64,000 nucleotides of DNA from the NCBI GenBank assembly GCA_965116535.1, contig OZ220703.1:2385464-2449463 (forward strand). Reading direction: 5' to 3'. The notes below the pieces were generated by a model that did not search any database, had not been told where the DNA came from, and worked only from the letters and a program-made list of their open reading frames with translations. Position 1 is the stretch's first letter. Each line of letters starts with the position of its first letter. The translations under genes were made by a program, and so were the position numbers. This stretch comes from Acidimicrobiales bacterium. Lineage in GTDB: Bacteria; Actinomycetota; Acidimicrobiia; Acidimicrobiales; Bin134. Shown one piece after another: positions 1 to 10,431 of the stretch.

Positions 1-882
1 GGCAGGCTTGCCGCCCAGCGACTCAGCCAGGCCGTCGTAGCGCCCCCCACCGCCCACCGCGTTTTGGGCCGATGTCAATGAGCCAGCCACAAACTCCCAG
101 GTGGAATGGGTGTAGTAGTCGAGCCCCCGCACCAGGCGAGGATCGATCTCATAGGCCACCCCCAGAGCGTCCAACCCAGCCTGCACTCTCTCGAAGTGGG
201 TGCCGGCCTCATCGGAGAGGCCATCGGTGATGAGGGGGGCGTTAGCCACCGCGGCCACGGTGCGCTCCCGCTTGGAGTCCAGCACCCGCAGCGGATGATC
301 GGCGGCGTTGGCCCGGTCGGCCTCGTCCAACTCCCCCACCCGCTGGCCTAGCCAGGCGGCCAGCCGATCGGCGTAGGCCTGTCGATCGCCGGGGCTGCCC
401 ATGGAGTTGAGCCGCAGCGAGAGTTGGCCCAATCCGAGCGCCCGATAAAAGTCGTGCTGGAGGGCGATCACCTCCACATCCAGGTCGGGATCGGCCGAGC
501 CGATGGCCTCGGCCCCCACTTGGTGGTGCTGGCGGAACCGCCCGGCCTGGGGCTCCTCGTAGCGGAAGCAGGGGGTGAGGTACCACACCTTCCAGGGCAC
601 GGTGGGCCGGTGCTGGTTGAAGGCCCGAACCACCGACGCGGTGCCCTCCGGGCGCAGGGCCATGTGGCGCTCGCCCTTGTCGAAAAAGTCGTACATCTCC
701 TTGCGGACAACCTCGGTGCCCTCGCCCAAGCGCTGGAACACCCCGATTTCCTCGAACATGGGGTTCTGCACCAGCCCGTACCCAGCCCGTCCGAACACCT
801 CGGCAAACACGGCCACCAGCGCCTGCCACCGATCCGACTCCGGCGGCAGGATGTCGCGCGTCCCCTTCGGCGCTTGGAACAT
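1..882 (-). CDS. hisS: histidine--tRNA ligase, N-terminal part (3' end runs off the window start)
   Basis: Absent from the ORF track because there is no stop in the window. My reverse translation from the ATG at 882-880 gives MFQAPKGTRDILPPESDRWQ...MALRPEGTASVVRAF...CFRYEEPQAGRFRQHHQVG, which are class-II HisRS motifs. The frame is open to base 1 (294 codons). Confidence 0.85.
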   Translation of the reverse strand, partial: MFQAPKGTRDILPPESDRWQALVAVFAEVFGRAGYGLVQNPMFEEIGVFQRLGEGTEVVRKEMYDFFDKGERHMALRPEGTASVVRAFNQHRPTVPWKVWYLTPCFRYEEPQAGRFRQHHQVGAEAIGSADPDLDVEVIALQHDFYRALGLGQLSLRLNSMGSPGDRQAYADRLAAWLGQRVGELDEADRANAADHPLRVLDSKRERTVAAVANAPLITDGLSDEAGTHFERVQAGLDALGVAYEIDPRLVRGLDYYTHSTWEFVAGSLTSAQNAVGGGGRYDGLAESLGGKPA

Positions 883-961
883 GTCAGCCACAAAGCCCGA
901 TGCTACCGGCGCGCAGTGACACTCCCCATCCCCATTGATCCACTGATCGAGTCATGTACCG

Positions 962-1411
962 CTACAGCCCGGTGGCCAACCGTCGAATTGGGATGGCGAG
1001 GCGGCGGGCAGCGTCGACCAGAGGCTTGTTGTCATCGGCCGCAGCCAGACAGATTTCCGCTCCGAGATGGCGAGCAGCAGCCACGGCTTCCAGCGAAAGC
1101 AGGTTGAGGCGAATTTCTCGGGAAGCCATCTCGCCCATTGGCCAACCGACCTCGCGCAGCGACACCAGCTCGATGGTGGGCGGAAGCTCAATCACAGAGG
1201 CAATGACGTCGGATGCAACCGCAGCATCGATTCCGCCCAGGCGACGCGACAGCGATCCCACCACGGCTTGATTCGCCAGTGCCCGACACAGCCTGTGGTA
1301 CCACAACCCCGTGGTGGCAATAGCGCTCCCCATAGGACGAAGCCCCTCGGGCTCGTCGTCGAGGAGCACGCTCAACAGAATGTGATCGTCGACGAGGACG
1401 GTCTCAGTCAC
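962..1411 (-). CDS. PIN-domain-like toxin (VapC-like)
   Basis: 149-aa ORF with N-terminal VLVDDHILLSVL and C-terminal acidic LAAADDN. It overlaps the upstream small antitoxin ORF by 4 bp, the classic toxin-antitoxin arrangement. Confidence 0.55.
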   Translation of the reverse strand: MTETVLVDDHILLSVLLDDEPEGLRPMGSAIATTGLWYHRLCRALANQAVVGSLSRRLGGIDAAVASDVIASVIELPPTIELVSLREVGWPMGEMASREIRLNLLSLEAVAAARHLGAEICLAAADDNKPLVDAARRLAIPIRRLATGL

Positions 1412-1650
1412 GCGAGATCAGGCTCGTCGGCCGCAACTTGGCCAACCAATGATCTGTATCCCCCAGCTTCCTCGACGGACTCTCGAATCAACGACCGCAA
1501 CCCTCCCCGACCTGCGGGAACGACAACGAGGGCCGCACCTAGATCAGCGATCTCCACCGCGCCTCCGTCGGCGAGGTTCCAGCGACGACGGGCTTCAGCC
1601 GGCAGCGCCATCTGGCCTCTTTCCGAAACTCGATACTGCACAACTGCCAC
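1408..1650 (-). CDS. AbrB/MazE/SpoVT-type antitoxin
   Basis: 80 aa. YRVSERGQMALPAEARRRWNLADGGAVEI fits the swapped-hairpin AbrB-like DNA-binding pattern. It overlaps the PIN ORF by 4 bp. Confidence 0.6.
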   Translation of the reverse strand: MAVVQYRVSERGQMALPAEARRRWNLADGGAVEIADLGAALVVVPAGRGGLRSLIRESVEEAGGYRSLVGQVAADEPDLA

Positions 1651-1718
1651 CCGGCCAGTTTACAAGGGAACCTGGTGATCTTACAAAGTTGCTTTGCAAT
1701 GCTCACGGCCCAAGCCGA

Positions 1719-3929
1719 TCAGCCCGTGGCGGTGGGGATGACTCGGTAGGCGTTGTAGACCGATTCGATGCCTCGGATGGTGCGAAGGAGGGCGTCGAGA
1801 TGGCTGGCGTCGCTCAGCTCGAAGTCGAACCGCATGACCGAGATCTGGTCGGCACCGGTGCGGGTCTCGCAGGCCAGGATGTTGACCGATCCGGTGGACA
1901 GGGCATTGGCCACGTCTCGCAGCAGCCGGGTGCGGTCGAACGCCTTGACCTCGATGGTCACGCTGTAGGCGCCGCTGCGTTCGGCGCTCCAGTCCACGTC
2001 TATGAGCCGGTCGCCCTGCTCGATTGACAGCGAAGCGGCATTGGCGCACTCGGCGCGATGCACCGATACCCCCCGGCCCCGGGTGACGAAGCCGATGATC
2101 TCGTCGGGGGGAACCGGTTTGCAGCAGCGGGCCAGGTTTACCAGCACGTCGTCGAGGCCCTCTACCTCAACCGGCTGGTCGGTGCGCCGGGGCAACACCG
2201 AGGGCGACGAGACCGCGGCCAGATCATCGTCGAGCTCCTCTTCCGCGGCCGGCTCCACCCTCATTCCGGCCACCCGCTCGGCCACCGCCTTGGCCGACAC
2301 ATGGCGCTCCCCCACCGCGGCGAACAAGGTGTCGAGGTCTCGGTAGTTCATGTCGGTGGCCGCGTGCAGCAGCTCTTGGCCGGAGAGGATCTTGGCCACC
2401 GGCAACCGCTCGCGGCGCAAGGCGGCGGCCACCGCGTCGCGGCCGGCCTTCACGGCGTCTTCCCGCCGGGCCTGGGCGAACCACTGGCGGATCTTGTTGC
2501 GGGCCCGATGGGAGGCCACCAAGCCGAGCCAGTCGCGCGACGGCCCCTTGTCGGCCACCTTGGAAGTGAAGATCTCCACCATGTCGCCGGGCCGCAGCTC
2601 TCGATCCAGAGGGACGAGCTGGCCGTTGACCCGGGCCCCGATGCAGGCGTGACCCACCTCGGTATGGATGGAGTAGGCGAAGTCGATGGGAATCGCCCCC
2701 ATGGGCAGCGACACCACGTCGCCCTTGGGGGTGAACACCTGCACTTCGTCGTGGTCGAGGTCGGTCTTGAGGTTGCTCAGGAACTCGACGGCGTCGGAGG
2801 TCTCCTGCTGCCAGTCGATGATGCGGCCCAACCAGGCCAGATCGTCGGTGGTGGCCCCCTCCTTGTAGTCCCAGTGGGCGGCCACTCCCTGCTCGGCCCG
2901 GGCGTGCATCTCGTTGGTGCGTAGCTGGACCTCCAGCGACTTGCCCCCCGGCCCGACCACCGTGGTGTGCAGCGACTGGTAGAGGTTGAACTTGGGCATG
3001 GCGATGTAGTCCTTGAACCGCCCCTGCACTGGCTTCCAGGTGGCGTGGATAGACCCCAAAGCGGCGTAGCAGTCCCGTACCGAGTCGACGATCACCCGCA
3101 TGCCCACCAAGTCGTAGATCTCGTCGAAGCTGCGATCTTTGGTCATCATCTTCTCGTAGATGCTCCAAAGGTGCTTGGGCCGACCGGTCACCTGAGCGGG
3201 AATCCCCAGTTCGGCCAGGCGGGCTTCCACGCTGGAGAGCACCTGGGTGAGATACAGATCGCGCTCGGGCGCCCGGGTGGCCACCATGCGATCGATCTCG
3301 GCGTAGCGCTTGGGGTGCAATGCGGCGAACGCCAAGTCTTCGAGCTGGAGCTTCATGTCCTGCATGCCCAGGCGGTTGGCCAGCGGGGCGTAGATGTCGA
3401 TGGTCTCCCGGGCCACCCGATGCTGCTTTTCCAGCGGCAGCGCGGCCAGCGTGCGCATGTTGTGGAGCCGGTCGGAGAGCTTCACCACCAGCACCCGCAG
3501 GTCCTTGGCGATGGCCACCAGCATCTTGCGCATGGAGGCGGCCTGCTCCTCCTCCTGGGTGTTGAACTTGAGCCGGTCGAGCCGGGTCACGCTGTCGACG
3601 ATCGAGGCCACCTCGCTTCCGAAATGCTGCTCCACCTCGCCCAGGTTCATGGCGGTGTCCTCTATGGCGTCGTGCAGCAGTGCGGCGATCACCGAGACGT
3701 CGTCGAGCCCCAGCTCGACCACGATGTGGGCCACGGCCAGAGGATGGGTCACGTAGGGTTCGCCCGACTTGCGCAACTGCCCGGCGTGAGCCTGCTCGGC
3801 GAGGCGATAGGCGGTGTCGATGCGGTCGGCGGTGTGGTTGGGATGGCGTTCGAGATAGGCGGTGAGCAACGGACCCACGTCTTGGCCGGGCTGATCCGTC
3901 CAGGGCGACGGCCGATCGGTCAGCGTCAT
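1719..3929 (-). CDS. relA: bifunctional (p)ppGpp synthetase/hydrolase RelA/SpoT
   Basis: 736 aa. It has an HD hydrolase motif (HDAIEDT), a RelA/SpoT synthetase region, and TGS and ACT-like C-terminal regions. The start overlaps the apt stop by 4 bp. Confidence 0.95.
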   Translation of the reverse strand: MTLTDRPSPWTDQPGQDVGPLLTAYLERHPNHTADRIDTAYRLAEQAHAGQLRKSGEPYVTHPLAVAHIVVELGLDDVSVIAALLHDAIEDTAMNLGEVEQHFGSEVASIVDSVTRLDRLKFNTQEEEQAASMRKMLVAIAKDLRVLVVKLSDRLHNMRTLAALPLEKQHRVARETIDIYAPLANRLGMQDMKLQLEDLAFAALHPKRYAEIDRMVATRAPERDLYLTQVLSSVEARLAELGIPAQVTGRPKHLWSIYEKMMTKDRSFDEIYDLVGMRVIVDSVRDCYAALGSIHATWKPVQGRFKDYIAMPKFNLYQSLHTTVVGPGGKSLEVQLRTNEMHARAEQGVAAHWDYKEGATTDDLAWLGRIIDWQQETSDAVEFLSNLKTDLDHDEVQVFTPKGDVVSLPMGAIPIDFAYSIHTEVGHACIGARVNGQLVPLDRELRPGDMVEIFTSKVADKGPSRDWLGLVASHRARNKIRQWFAQARREDAVKAGRDAVAAALRRERLPVAKILSGQELLHAATDMNYRDLDTLFAAVGERHVSAKAVAERVAGMRVEPAAEEELDDDLAAVSSPSVLPRRTDQPVEVEGLDDVLVNLARCCKPVPPDEIIGFVTRGRGVSVHRAECANAASLSIEQGDRLIDVDWSAERSGAYSVTIEVKAFDRTRLLRDVANALSTGSVNILACETRTGADQISVMRFDFELSDASHLDALLRTIRGIESVYNAYRVIPTATG

Positions 3930-4468
3930 CCGTCACCCCCAAAGCAGAACAGCGAGATCACCGGACAGTTGGCGTCGACTCCAATTTTCTCGCGACCACT
4001 CAGAAATCCCAACTCGATTAGGAACCCCACCCCGGCCACCGCCGCACCCCCGGAGCTGACCAGTTCTACCGCAGCCGACGCCGTTCCCCCCGTGGCCAGC
4101 ACATCGTCGACGATGAGCACCCGCTGGCCGGGGGACATAGCGTCGGTGTGGGCCTCCAGGGATGCGGTGCCGTACTCCAGCTCATAGTCCACTGCCCGGG
4201 TGTCGTAGGGCAGCTTGCCCGGCTTGCGAACGGGCACGAACCCCAATCCGAGTCGGTAGGCCACCGCCGCGCCCAAGATGAATCCCCGGGCCTCCACCCC
4301 CACCACTCGGTCGGCCGGGGTGTCGCTGAAGCGGTCGGCCAGCTCATCAGCGGCCCACCGGAAGGCGTCGGCATCATCAAGCAGCGGCGTGATGTCTTTG
4401 AACATGATCCCTGGCGTGGGGAAATCAGGGATATCCCGAATGAGGCTCTCAGGCCATTGAGATTCCAC
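3926..4468 (-). CDS. apt: adenine phosphoribosyltransferase
   Basis: The C-terminal 180 aa of the 322-aa track ORF reads [21 protein letters not shown]...[14 protein letters not shown] (PRPP-binding motif). I chose the GTG start at 4468 because the longer ORF would overlap the neighbouring PIN gene. Confidence 0.85.
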   Translation of the reverse strand: MESQWPESLIRDIPDFPTPGIMFKDITPLLDDADAFRWAADELADRFSDTPADRVVGVEARGFILGAAVAYRLGLGFVPVRKPGKLPYDTRAVDYELEYGTASLEAHTDAMSPGQRVLIVDDVLATGGTASAAVELVSSGGAAVAGVGFLIELGFLSGREKIGVDANCPVISLFCFGGDG

Positions 4469-4508
4469 TGCCTCCAACCCTACCCGTCCGCTCCCACCGG
4501 GCTCCCCT

Positions 4509-4901
4509 TCAGGCTGGCCGGCCCAAGACCTCGAGGCCGCGTTGGGTTGCGGATGCTGCGAGGCGGGTGTCGAAGGTGGCAATGGCGCGTGCGTTGTAGC
4601 TGAGTGCGGTATCGAGAACGATGACATCGGGCAACCGCAACCCGGTCTCGGCCCGCAGCGCCGCCCATCGTTCTGGTGCAGCCGCATCGACGTCGGTAAC
4701 GACAAATGAAGCCCGCAGCCCCTCAGCCGCGTCGTCGAGCACCCCGAGTTGGGCTGGCGCGACCAGGCATTCGGCCAAGGTGACGGGGTGCAGGAGTGCG
4801 TCTTCTTCGGCGATGTCCCGATTGATCGCTGCCGCTTTGAGGTGATGCCCATCGCCGGGATCGCGCAGCGCCACAATCCAACTGGCGTCGGCAACGATCA
4901 C
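4509..4901 (-). CDS. vapC: PIN-domain toxin VapC
   Basis: 130 aa with [12 protein letters not shown] at the N-terminus, a conserved-looking acidic residue pattern, and ...VLDTAL...ATFD. It overlaps the upstream antitoxin ORF by 4 bp. Confidence 0.7.
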   Translation of the reverse strand: MIVADASWIVALRDPGDGHHLKAAAINRDIAEEDALLHPVTLAECLVAPAQLGVLDDAAEGLRASFVVTDVDAAAPERWAALRAETGLRLPDVIVLDTALSYNARAIATFDTRLAASATQRGLEVLGRPA

Positions 4902-5137
4902 GCGGGCCAGTCCTGGGATCGGTCATAGAGCGGCGAAGAGCCGGGCAGGGAGCCCACCAACGACGCCCGGGCTTCAGCGCGCGATGACGGTGACCGGCCG
5001 CTTTGAACCCAGTCCAGCATGATGAGCTTGATCAGCTCGGCTCGGGGCGCACCCGGCCACTTCGCAGACGCCTCATCGAGGACTTCGGTGACCTCGTCGG
5101 TCTCGGTCACTGAATGGCGAGGGCGGGTAGTCGGCAC
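4898..5137 (-). CDS. putative VapB-type antitoxin
   Basis: 79-aa ORF directly upstream of the PIN gene and overlapping it. The assignment rests on position and size only. Confidence 0.5.
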   Translation of the reverse strand: MPTTRPRHSVTETDEVTEVLDEASAKWPGAPRAELIKLIMLDWVQSGRSPSSRAEARASLVGSLPGSSPLYDRSQDWPA

Positions 5138-5180
5138 CGCTCAAGTGTAGCACCAGGTGCAGCACCACCCACCCATCGGA

Positions 5181-5200
5181 TTTCGGCGGTGGCGCCGAAA
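5181..5200 (-). terminator. hairpin downstream of secF (tttcggcg-gtgg-cgccgaaa)
   Basis: Perfect 8-bp inverted repeat with a 4-nt loop, 4 nt after the secF stop (5205-5207). There is no clear U-tract. Confidence 0.35.
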
Positions 5201-5204
5201 CCGC

Positions 5205-6308
5205 CTAGCGGCGCTTGCGCTTGCGGGGGCGGGGGGGAATGGTGGTGCCGGCCTGCGGGGGGCGACGAGTGGGGCGATCCGCTGACGGAGCAGGACGAGA
5301 CGGCGACGGGCCCACCGCTACCTCTTCGACCTCGTGGACCGAGGTGCCCCGAGACTGGGCCCGGGCCTCAAGGCGCTCCCTCAGCTCGGCGTACTCGGGT
5401 TGGCGCTCCTTCATCCAGGCGGCGGCCGGAGCGGCCACGAACAGCGACGAGTAGGTGCCCACCAAAAGGCCGATGAGCAGGGCCACCGCGAACTCGGCCA
5501 AGGTGACCGCCCCCAGCACCAGCGTGCCGATGACCAGCATCGACAGCACCGGCAACACCGAGGTGATGGTGGTGTTCACCGAGCGCAGCAGCACGGTATT
5601 GAGCGCGGTGTTCATGATCCGGGTGTAGGTGGCCCGCCCCACCAGCACCGAGCGCCGCTGGTAGTCGCGGTTCTTGTCGAACACCACCAGGGTGTCGTAC
5701 AGGGAGTAACCCATGATGGTGAGGAAGGCGATGACGGTGGCCGGGGTCACCTCAAGTTGGAACAGGGAGTAGATGCCCACGGTGATGACGATGTCGTGGG
5801 CCACCGCCAACAGGGCGGCCAGGGCCATACGCCATTCCTGGGTCAGCGTGATGTAGATGGCCACCACGATGAAGAACACGATCAGCGCCCTGATGGCCTT
5901 GTCGGTAATCTCATCGCCCCACGACGCGCTGATGGAGTTGAAGCTGATGTCGTTGAGGCTCTGGCCGGTGAGGTTGGCCAAAGCCAGCGACACCCCGGCG
6001 ACGCTGGAGGCGTTGGTGGCGTCCAGCTCGGCCCGAACCCGCAGCACATCGCCGCCCACAAATTGGATCTTGGCGTCGGCCTGGCCCACACCCCGCAAGG
6101 CGTCGCGCACTTCGGCGGTTGACACATCGGGGGCCGAGGCCTCCCAAACGGTGCCGCCCTCGAACTCGATGCCCAGGTTGACCCCCCGCACCAGCAAGGC
6201 GATGACGCTGATGAGGATCAGGGCCGCCGACACCTTCAGGGTGGTCTTCCACAGCTCGGGGAAGTCCAACTGGGTCTGGTTGCGCCACAAGCGCTGGAGA
6301 CGGCTCAT
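5205..6308 (-). CDS. secF: protein translocase subunit SecF
   Basis: 367 aa with a multi-TM SecD/SecF C-terminal domain. It overlaps secD by 4 bp. Confidence 0.9.
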   Translation of the reverse strand: MSRLQRLWRNQTQLDFPELWKTTLKVSAALILISVIALLVRGVNLGIEFEGGTVWEASAPDVSTAEVRDALRGVGQADAKIQFVGGDVLRVRAELDATNASSVAGVSLALANLTGQSLNDISFNSISASWGDEITDKAIRALIVFFIVVAIYITLTQEWRMALAALLAVAHDIVITVGIYSLFQLEVTPATVIAFLTIMGYSLYDTLVVFDKNRDYQRRSVLVGRATYTRIMNTALNTVLLRSVNTTITSVLPVLSMLVIGTLVLGAVTLAEFAVALLIGLLVGTYSSLFVAAPAAAWMKERQPEYAELRERLEARAQSRGTSVHEVEEVAVGPSPSRPAPSADRPTRRPPQAGTTIPPRPRKRKRR

Positions 6309-7831
6309 GACCCGCTACCTCCGGCCGGCATGGCCTCTTCCCTGGTGGGCAGGCCGATGCGGTGGGGATGAGCCATCAAAGAGGGAGACCGGGACATCAA
6401 CTGAGCGCAGGGCCGCAGGAAGAAGTAGGTGGCCACCAAGTCGAGCACCGAGGCCAAGCCCAGCATGAGGGCGAAGCCCCGCACCGAGCCGGCCGAGAGC
6501 CAGTACAAGATGACCGCGGCGATCAGCGAGGCGAAGTTGGCCCTGAAGATGGTGCGGTACGCGGCCGGGAAGGACAATTCCAGCGAGGAGCGCAGCGCTC
6601 GACCGGTGGCCACGTCTTCTTTGAGGTGCTCGAAGTAGACCACGTTGGAGTCGAGCGACACACCGATCGACACAATGAGGCCGGTGACCCCGGCCAGGGT
6701 CAGAGCCAGATCCTGGGTCTCGCCCAGCCAGGCCACGATCACCCACAGCAAGGTGGCCGACACTCCCAGGCTCAACATGGCGATGAGGCCCAACAGGCGG
6801 TACATGCCGACCATGAACAAGAACACCAGCGCCAGCCCCACGATGCCGGCTATGACCCCGGCCCGCAGGGCGTCGCCCCCGATGGTGGCCGACACGGCCC
6901 GGCTGGTGCTGTCGCTTTGGGGGTCGGTGGGGTCTTGGAACTCGATAGGCAGGGCGCCGTAGCGCAGCACCAGGGCCAGGTCGTCGGCCTCCTCTTCGGA
7001 GAAGTTGCCGGAGATGATCCCGCTGCCGCCAAATCTGGCCTCGTTCACCACCGGGGCTGACTTCACCGTGCCGTCCACCACAATGGCGATCTGGGCGGTG
7101 GGGCAGAATTCGGTTAGCTGATTGCACGCAGCCGCAATCTCGTCGAACTTGTCGGCGCCCTCTTCGCCGCCCTTGAGGTTGAACTCCACCACATACTCGT
7201 TGGTGAACCCCCGGTCGGCGCTGGAGAGGCCCGCGCCGGTAAGGGTGGACGGGCCCAGCAGGTAGCGCCCCGAGCCATCTTGGTGGGGCAAAACCACGAA
7301 CCGATCGAGCACATCCTCGGCCGGTGTCGAAGTCTCCAGTGAGTTGTAGTCGATCCCCAGCGGGCAGGGGGCTAGGCCCCGTTGGTCGAGCTCGGGAACG
7401 GGCAGAACCGGCGGCGGCGGGGCCTCGGCGCCCGATTCAGTGTCGGGGAAGACGGTCGGCTCAGCGGCGAGCGGCGCGCACACCGGGCGGAAGCGCAGCT
7501 CGGCAGTCTGGCCCACGATGTCGATGGCCCGACGCTGATCGCTGATGCCGGGAAGCTGGACAACCACCCGGCCGCCCTGGCGGGTGACGTCGGGCTCGGC
7601 CACTCCCAGACCGTCGATGCGGTCGCGGATGATCTCGACCGCGATGTCCAGATCGCCCTCGCCGATGGCCACCGGGCGGTCGGGGTCGTCCACCGGCACC
7701 AACACCACCTCTACCCCGCCCTTGAGGTCGAGCCCGAGGAGGGGCCGGTTGCCCACGGCCAGCGACGCCGCCAGCAGCCCCGCGGCCGCGGCCACGATGA
7801 GGGCAAGGGAAACCAGCGATCGGCGGCTCAT
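6305..7831 (-). CDS. secD: protein translocase subunit SecD
   Basis: 508 aa with an N-terminal TM, GLDLKGGVEVVL, a periplasmic domain and a C-terminal 5-TM bundle. Confidence 0.9.
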   Translation of the reverse strand: MSRRSLVSLALIVAAAAGLLAASLAVGNRPLLGLDLKGGVEVVLVPVDDPDRPVAIGEGDLDIAVEIIRDRIDGLGVAEPDVTRQGGRVVVQLPGISDQRRAIDIVGQTAELRFRPVCAPLAAEPTVFPDTESGAEAPPPPVLPVPELDQRGLAPCPLGIDYNSLETSTPAEDVLDRFVVLPHQDGSGRYLLGPSTLTGAGLSSADRGFTNEYVVEFNLKGGEEGADKFDEIAAACNQLTEFCPTAQIAIVVDGTVKSAPVVNEARFGGSGIISGNFSEEEADDLALVLRYGALPIEFQDPTDPQSDSTSRAVSATIGGDALRAGVIAGIVGLALVFLFMVGMYRLLGLIAMLSLGVSATLLWVIVAWLGETQDLALTLAGVTGLIVSIGVSLDSNVVYFEHLKEDVATGRALRSSLELSFPAAYRTIFRANFASLIAAVILYWLSAGSVRGFALMLGLASVLDLVATYFFLRPCAQLMSRSPSLMAHPHRIGLPTREEAMPAGGSGS

Positions 7832-7849
7832 TGACGCTGGGGAATGCGA

Positions 7850-8155
7850 CTAGTCGCCGCTCATCAGAGGGCCCTGGCCCTCTTCGCCATCGGCGTCGAA
7901 GTCGGAATACACGACCTTGTTGGCGATGGTTTCCCGGCTGATCTTGATCTCGACGCCATCGGATATCTCGATGAACACGGTGCCGCCGTCAAAATCGGTG
8001 ATCATCCCGTACAGGCCTGACGCGGTGATCACTTCGTCGCCCACATCCAGGGACTCAAGCAGCTCGCGGTGCTGGCGCGCTTTGCGCTGCTGGGGGCGCA
8101 CCATGAAGAAGTACATGGCGACGAACATCAAAAGCAGAAGCGGGAGGATCTCCAA
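7850..8155 (-). CDS. yajC: preprotein translocase subunit YajC
   Basis: 101 aa reading MFVAMYFFMVRPQQRKARQHRELLESLDVGDEVITASGLYG, the typical YajC pattern. Confidence 0.85.
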   Translation of the reverse strand: MEILPLLLLMFVAMYFFMVRPQQRKARQHRELLESLDVGDEVITASGLYGMITDFDGGTVFIEISDGVEIKISRETIANKVVYSDFDADGEEGQGPLMSGD

Positions 8156-8230
8156 GGCTCAGAATCCTACCGGAAGCCTTGGCTGGGAGACGACTCGGCG
8201 GGGCCGCCCCGACCGGCGAGGATCAGCGGA

Positions 8231-9340
8231 TCAACCCCACGCCTCGGCCACCCGTTGACGCAGATCGCCCAGCGTGCCGTCGACAATGGCGCTTTGGGCG
8301 CTATCCATCAGGGCCAGCAGCCAAGCCACGTTGTGGAGGGTGAGCAGCCGGGCGGCCGACGGCTCGTCCACGTTGAACAGATGGCGGATATAGGCCCGGG
8401 AGTGGCGGGCGATCGGGCTGGCCGGGAACTGGGGGTCTACGGGGCGGTCGTCGGTGGCGAACGAGGCGTTGGTGATGTTGAGGCGGCCCTGGCCGGTGAG
8501 GGCGGTGCCGTGGCGGGCCAGCCGGGTGGGCAGCACGCAGTCGAACATGTCCACCCCCAGCGCCACGCACTCCATCAGCCCGACCGGATCACCCAGGCCC
8601 ATGAAGTAGCGGGGCTGATCGGCGGGCAGCCGGGGTACGGTGGCGGCCAGTGCGGCCAGCATCTGGTGCTGGGGCTCCCCCACCGACAGCCCCCCCACCG
8701 CGTAGCCGTCGAAGCCCACCTCGATGGTGCGCGCCGCGCTCTCGGCCCGCAAGCCGGGGTCTAGTCCGCCCTGGACGATGCCGAATTGGCTGGCGCCGGC
8801 TTGGTGGCCGCCCTGTTCCAGAAAGCGGCGGCGGGCCCGAGCCGCCCAGGCCGCGGTGCGATCCACGGCCTGGCGCTGGACGGGGGCGGGGGCACCCGAT
8901 GGCGGGCAGACGTCGAAGGCCATCTGGATGTCTGACCCGAGCTGGAGCTGCACGTCCACCACCCGCTCGGCGGTGAAGCGATGGGTGGAGCCGTCGTAGG
9001 TGGACTGGAACGTGGCGCCGTCGTCGTCCACCTTGGGGTCGAGGGAGAACACCTGGTAGCCGCCTGAGTCGGTGAGCACGTGTCCCGACCAGCCGGTGAA
9101 CCCGTGGACGCCGCCCATGCTCTGGACAATGTCGGGGCCGGGTCTCATCATCAGGTGATAGGTGTTGGCCAGCACCACCGGAGGATTGAGGGCTTCGAGG
9201 TCGGCGGTGTCGAGGGTGCGGACTGCGGCCCGGGTGCCCACCGGCATGAAGCACGGGGTGGTGAACGAGCCCCTCGGGGTGGTGATGCGCCCCTTGCGGG
9301 CCTGCCCGTGGTGGGCCAACACGTCGAATTGGAGGGTCAC
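8231..9340 (-). CDS. tgt: tRNA-guanine(34) transglycosylase (queuine tRNA-ribosyltransferase)
   Basis: TPCFMPVGTRAAVRTL...VLANTYHLMMRPG...LTDSGGYQVFSL...GLSVGEP match Tgt. I prefer the GTG at 9340, which forms a GTGA overlap with the queA stop. The track ORF extends to 9442. Confidence 0.9.
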   Translation of the reverse strand: MTLQFDVLAHHGQARKGRITTPRGSFTTPCFMPVGTRAAVRTLDTADLEALNPPVVLANTYHLMMRPGPDIVQSMGGVHGFTGWSGHVLTDSGGYQVFSLDPKVDDDGATFQSTYDGSTHRFTAERVVDVQLQLGSDIQMAFDVCPPSGAPAPVQRQAVDRTAAWAARARRRFLEQGGHQAGASQFGIVQGGLDPGLRAESAARTIEVGFDGYAVGGLSVGEPQHQMLAALAATVPRLPADQPRYFMGLGDPVGLMECVALGVDMFDCVLPTRLARHGTALTGQGRLNITNASFATDDRPVDPQFPASPIARHSRAYIRHLFNVDEPSAARLLTLHNVAWLLALMDSAQSAIVDGTLGDLRQRVAEAWG

Positions 9341-10353
9341 TGGCCTGGATTCTGGCGTGATTCGCGGTTGCAGAACATGGCGTCTCCGAGGGACAGGAAA
9401 CGGTAGCCCTCGGCCAAGGCGGTGGCGTAGAGATTCTGCCAACGGGGACCGATAAAGGCAGCCAACAGGGCCAGAAGGCTGGAGCGGGGAAGGTGGAAGT
9501 TGGTGAGCAGCGCATCTACCACCGCGAATTGGTGCCCCGGCGCAATGAACAGATCGGTCTGGGCACAGGCCGATCCGGAGGCCGCGGCCGACTCCAGGGC
9601 CCGCACCACCGTGGTTCCCACCGCCACCACCCGCTCAGCCCGGACGCAGGCGGCCAGCGTGTCCTCGGGGATCCGGTAGGTCTCGGTGTGCATCACGTGG
9701 TCGTGCAGGTTGTCGGCCATCACCGGGGTGAACGTGGCCGTGCCCACGGCCAACTCCAGCTCGCACACGCTGGCCCCGGCTGCCCGGCAGCGGTCCAACA
9801 CCTCGTCGGTGAGGTGGAGTCCCGCAGTGGGGGCGGCGGCCGACACCGGCCGGTCGGCATAGACCGTTTGGTAGCGCTCGAGGTCGGATAGCTCCTCGGT
9901 GACATAAGGGGGCAGGGGAACCTCCCCGGCTTGGTCCATCAGCGCACTGGGATCTCCGGTGGGCCTCACCCAGCGCCGGCCGTCGTCGCTGATCCGCTCC
10001 CCCACCTCCATCACCGGCTGGTCGTCAAACCACAGCTCAGTGCCCGGTGGCACCCGGCGGCCGGGCCGCACGAGACCACTCCACCAGCCGTTGTCTTCCG
10101 GCTCCAGCAACAGCACCTCCACCCGGCCCCCGGTGGCCTTGTGGAGCCTCAGTCGGGCGGGCATGACCCGGCTGTTGTTCACCACCAGCACGTCGCCGGG
10201 GCTCAGCAATTCGGGCAAGTCACGGGTGAGGCGGTGCTCGGGGGGTGCCGTTGGACCTCGGTCCACCAGCAGTCGAGAGCTGTCCCGGGGCTCGGCTGGC
10301 TGCTGGGCGATTGCGGCTTCGGGCAGCTCGTAATGAAGCTCCTCAGTCCGCAT
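9337..10353 (-). CDS. queA: S-adenosylmethionine:tRNA ribosyltransferase-isomerase
   Basis: 338 aa reading MRTEELHYELPEAAIAQQPAEPRDSSRLLV...TNFHLPRSSLL, as in QueA. Confidence 0.9.
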   Translation of the reverse strand: MRTEELHYELPEAAIAQQPAEPRDSSRLLVDRGPTAPPEHRLTRDLPELLSPGDVLVVNNSRVMPARLRLHKATGGRVEVLLLEPEDNGWWSGLVRPGRRVPPGTELWFDDQPVMEVGERISDDGRRWVRPTGDPSALMDQAGEVPLPPYVTEELSDLERYQTVYADRPVSAAAPTAGLHLTDEVLDRCRAAGASVCELELAVGTATFTPVMADNLHDHVMHTETYRIPEDTLAACVRAERVVAVGTTVVRALESAAASGSACAQTDLFIAPGHQFAVVDALLTNFHLPRSSLLALLAAFIGPRWQNLYATALAEGYRFLSLGDAMFCNRESRQNPGQ

Positions 10354-10431
10354 ATGGAGTTTCTACCCGACAAGTGGTGTGTCTTGGGTTTATCCCGAAA
10401 ACTGTCGCACCAGCCCGGTAGTTTGGGGGCA

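Noticed and set aside
2224-3942. Long alternative-frame and antisense ORFs throughout the track, for example 2224..3942 (-), 2967..4187 (+), 14646..16190 (+), 29671..31548 (-), 40827..42041 (-), 45200..47209 (+), 38613..40004 (+)
   Set aside because: They overlap genes with clear homology-type motifs in another frame. Their translations are low-complexity R/G/P/A-rich strings typical of high-GC shadow ORFs, and they lack RBSs.
3926-4894. 322-aa extended apt ORF, and the similar N-terminal extensions of ruvC (9931), tgt (9442), the F420 reductase (25129), the LLM oxidoreductase (26883), both large sulfatases (44913, 47320), glnS (58543) and others
   Set aside because: The extensions overlap neighbouring genes or repeat elements and add non-homologous low-complexity sequence. 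Internal starts with an RBS or with stop/start coupling give proteins of canonical length.
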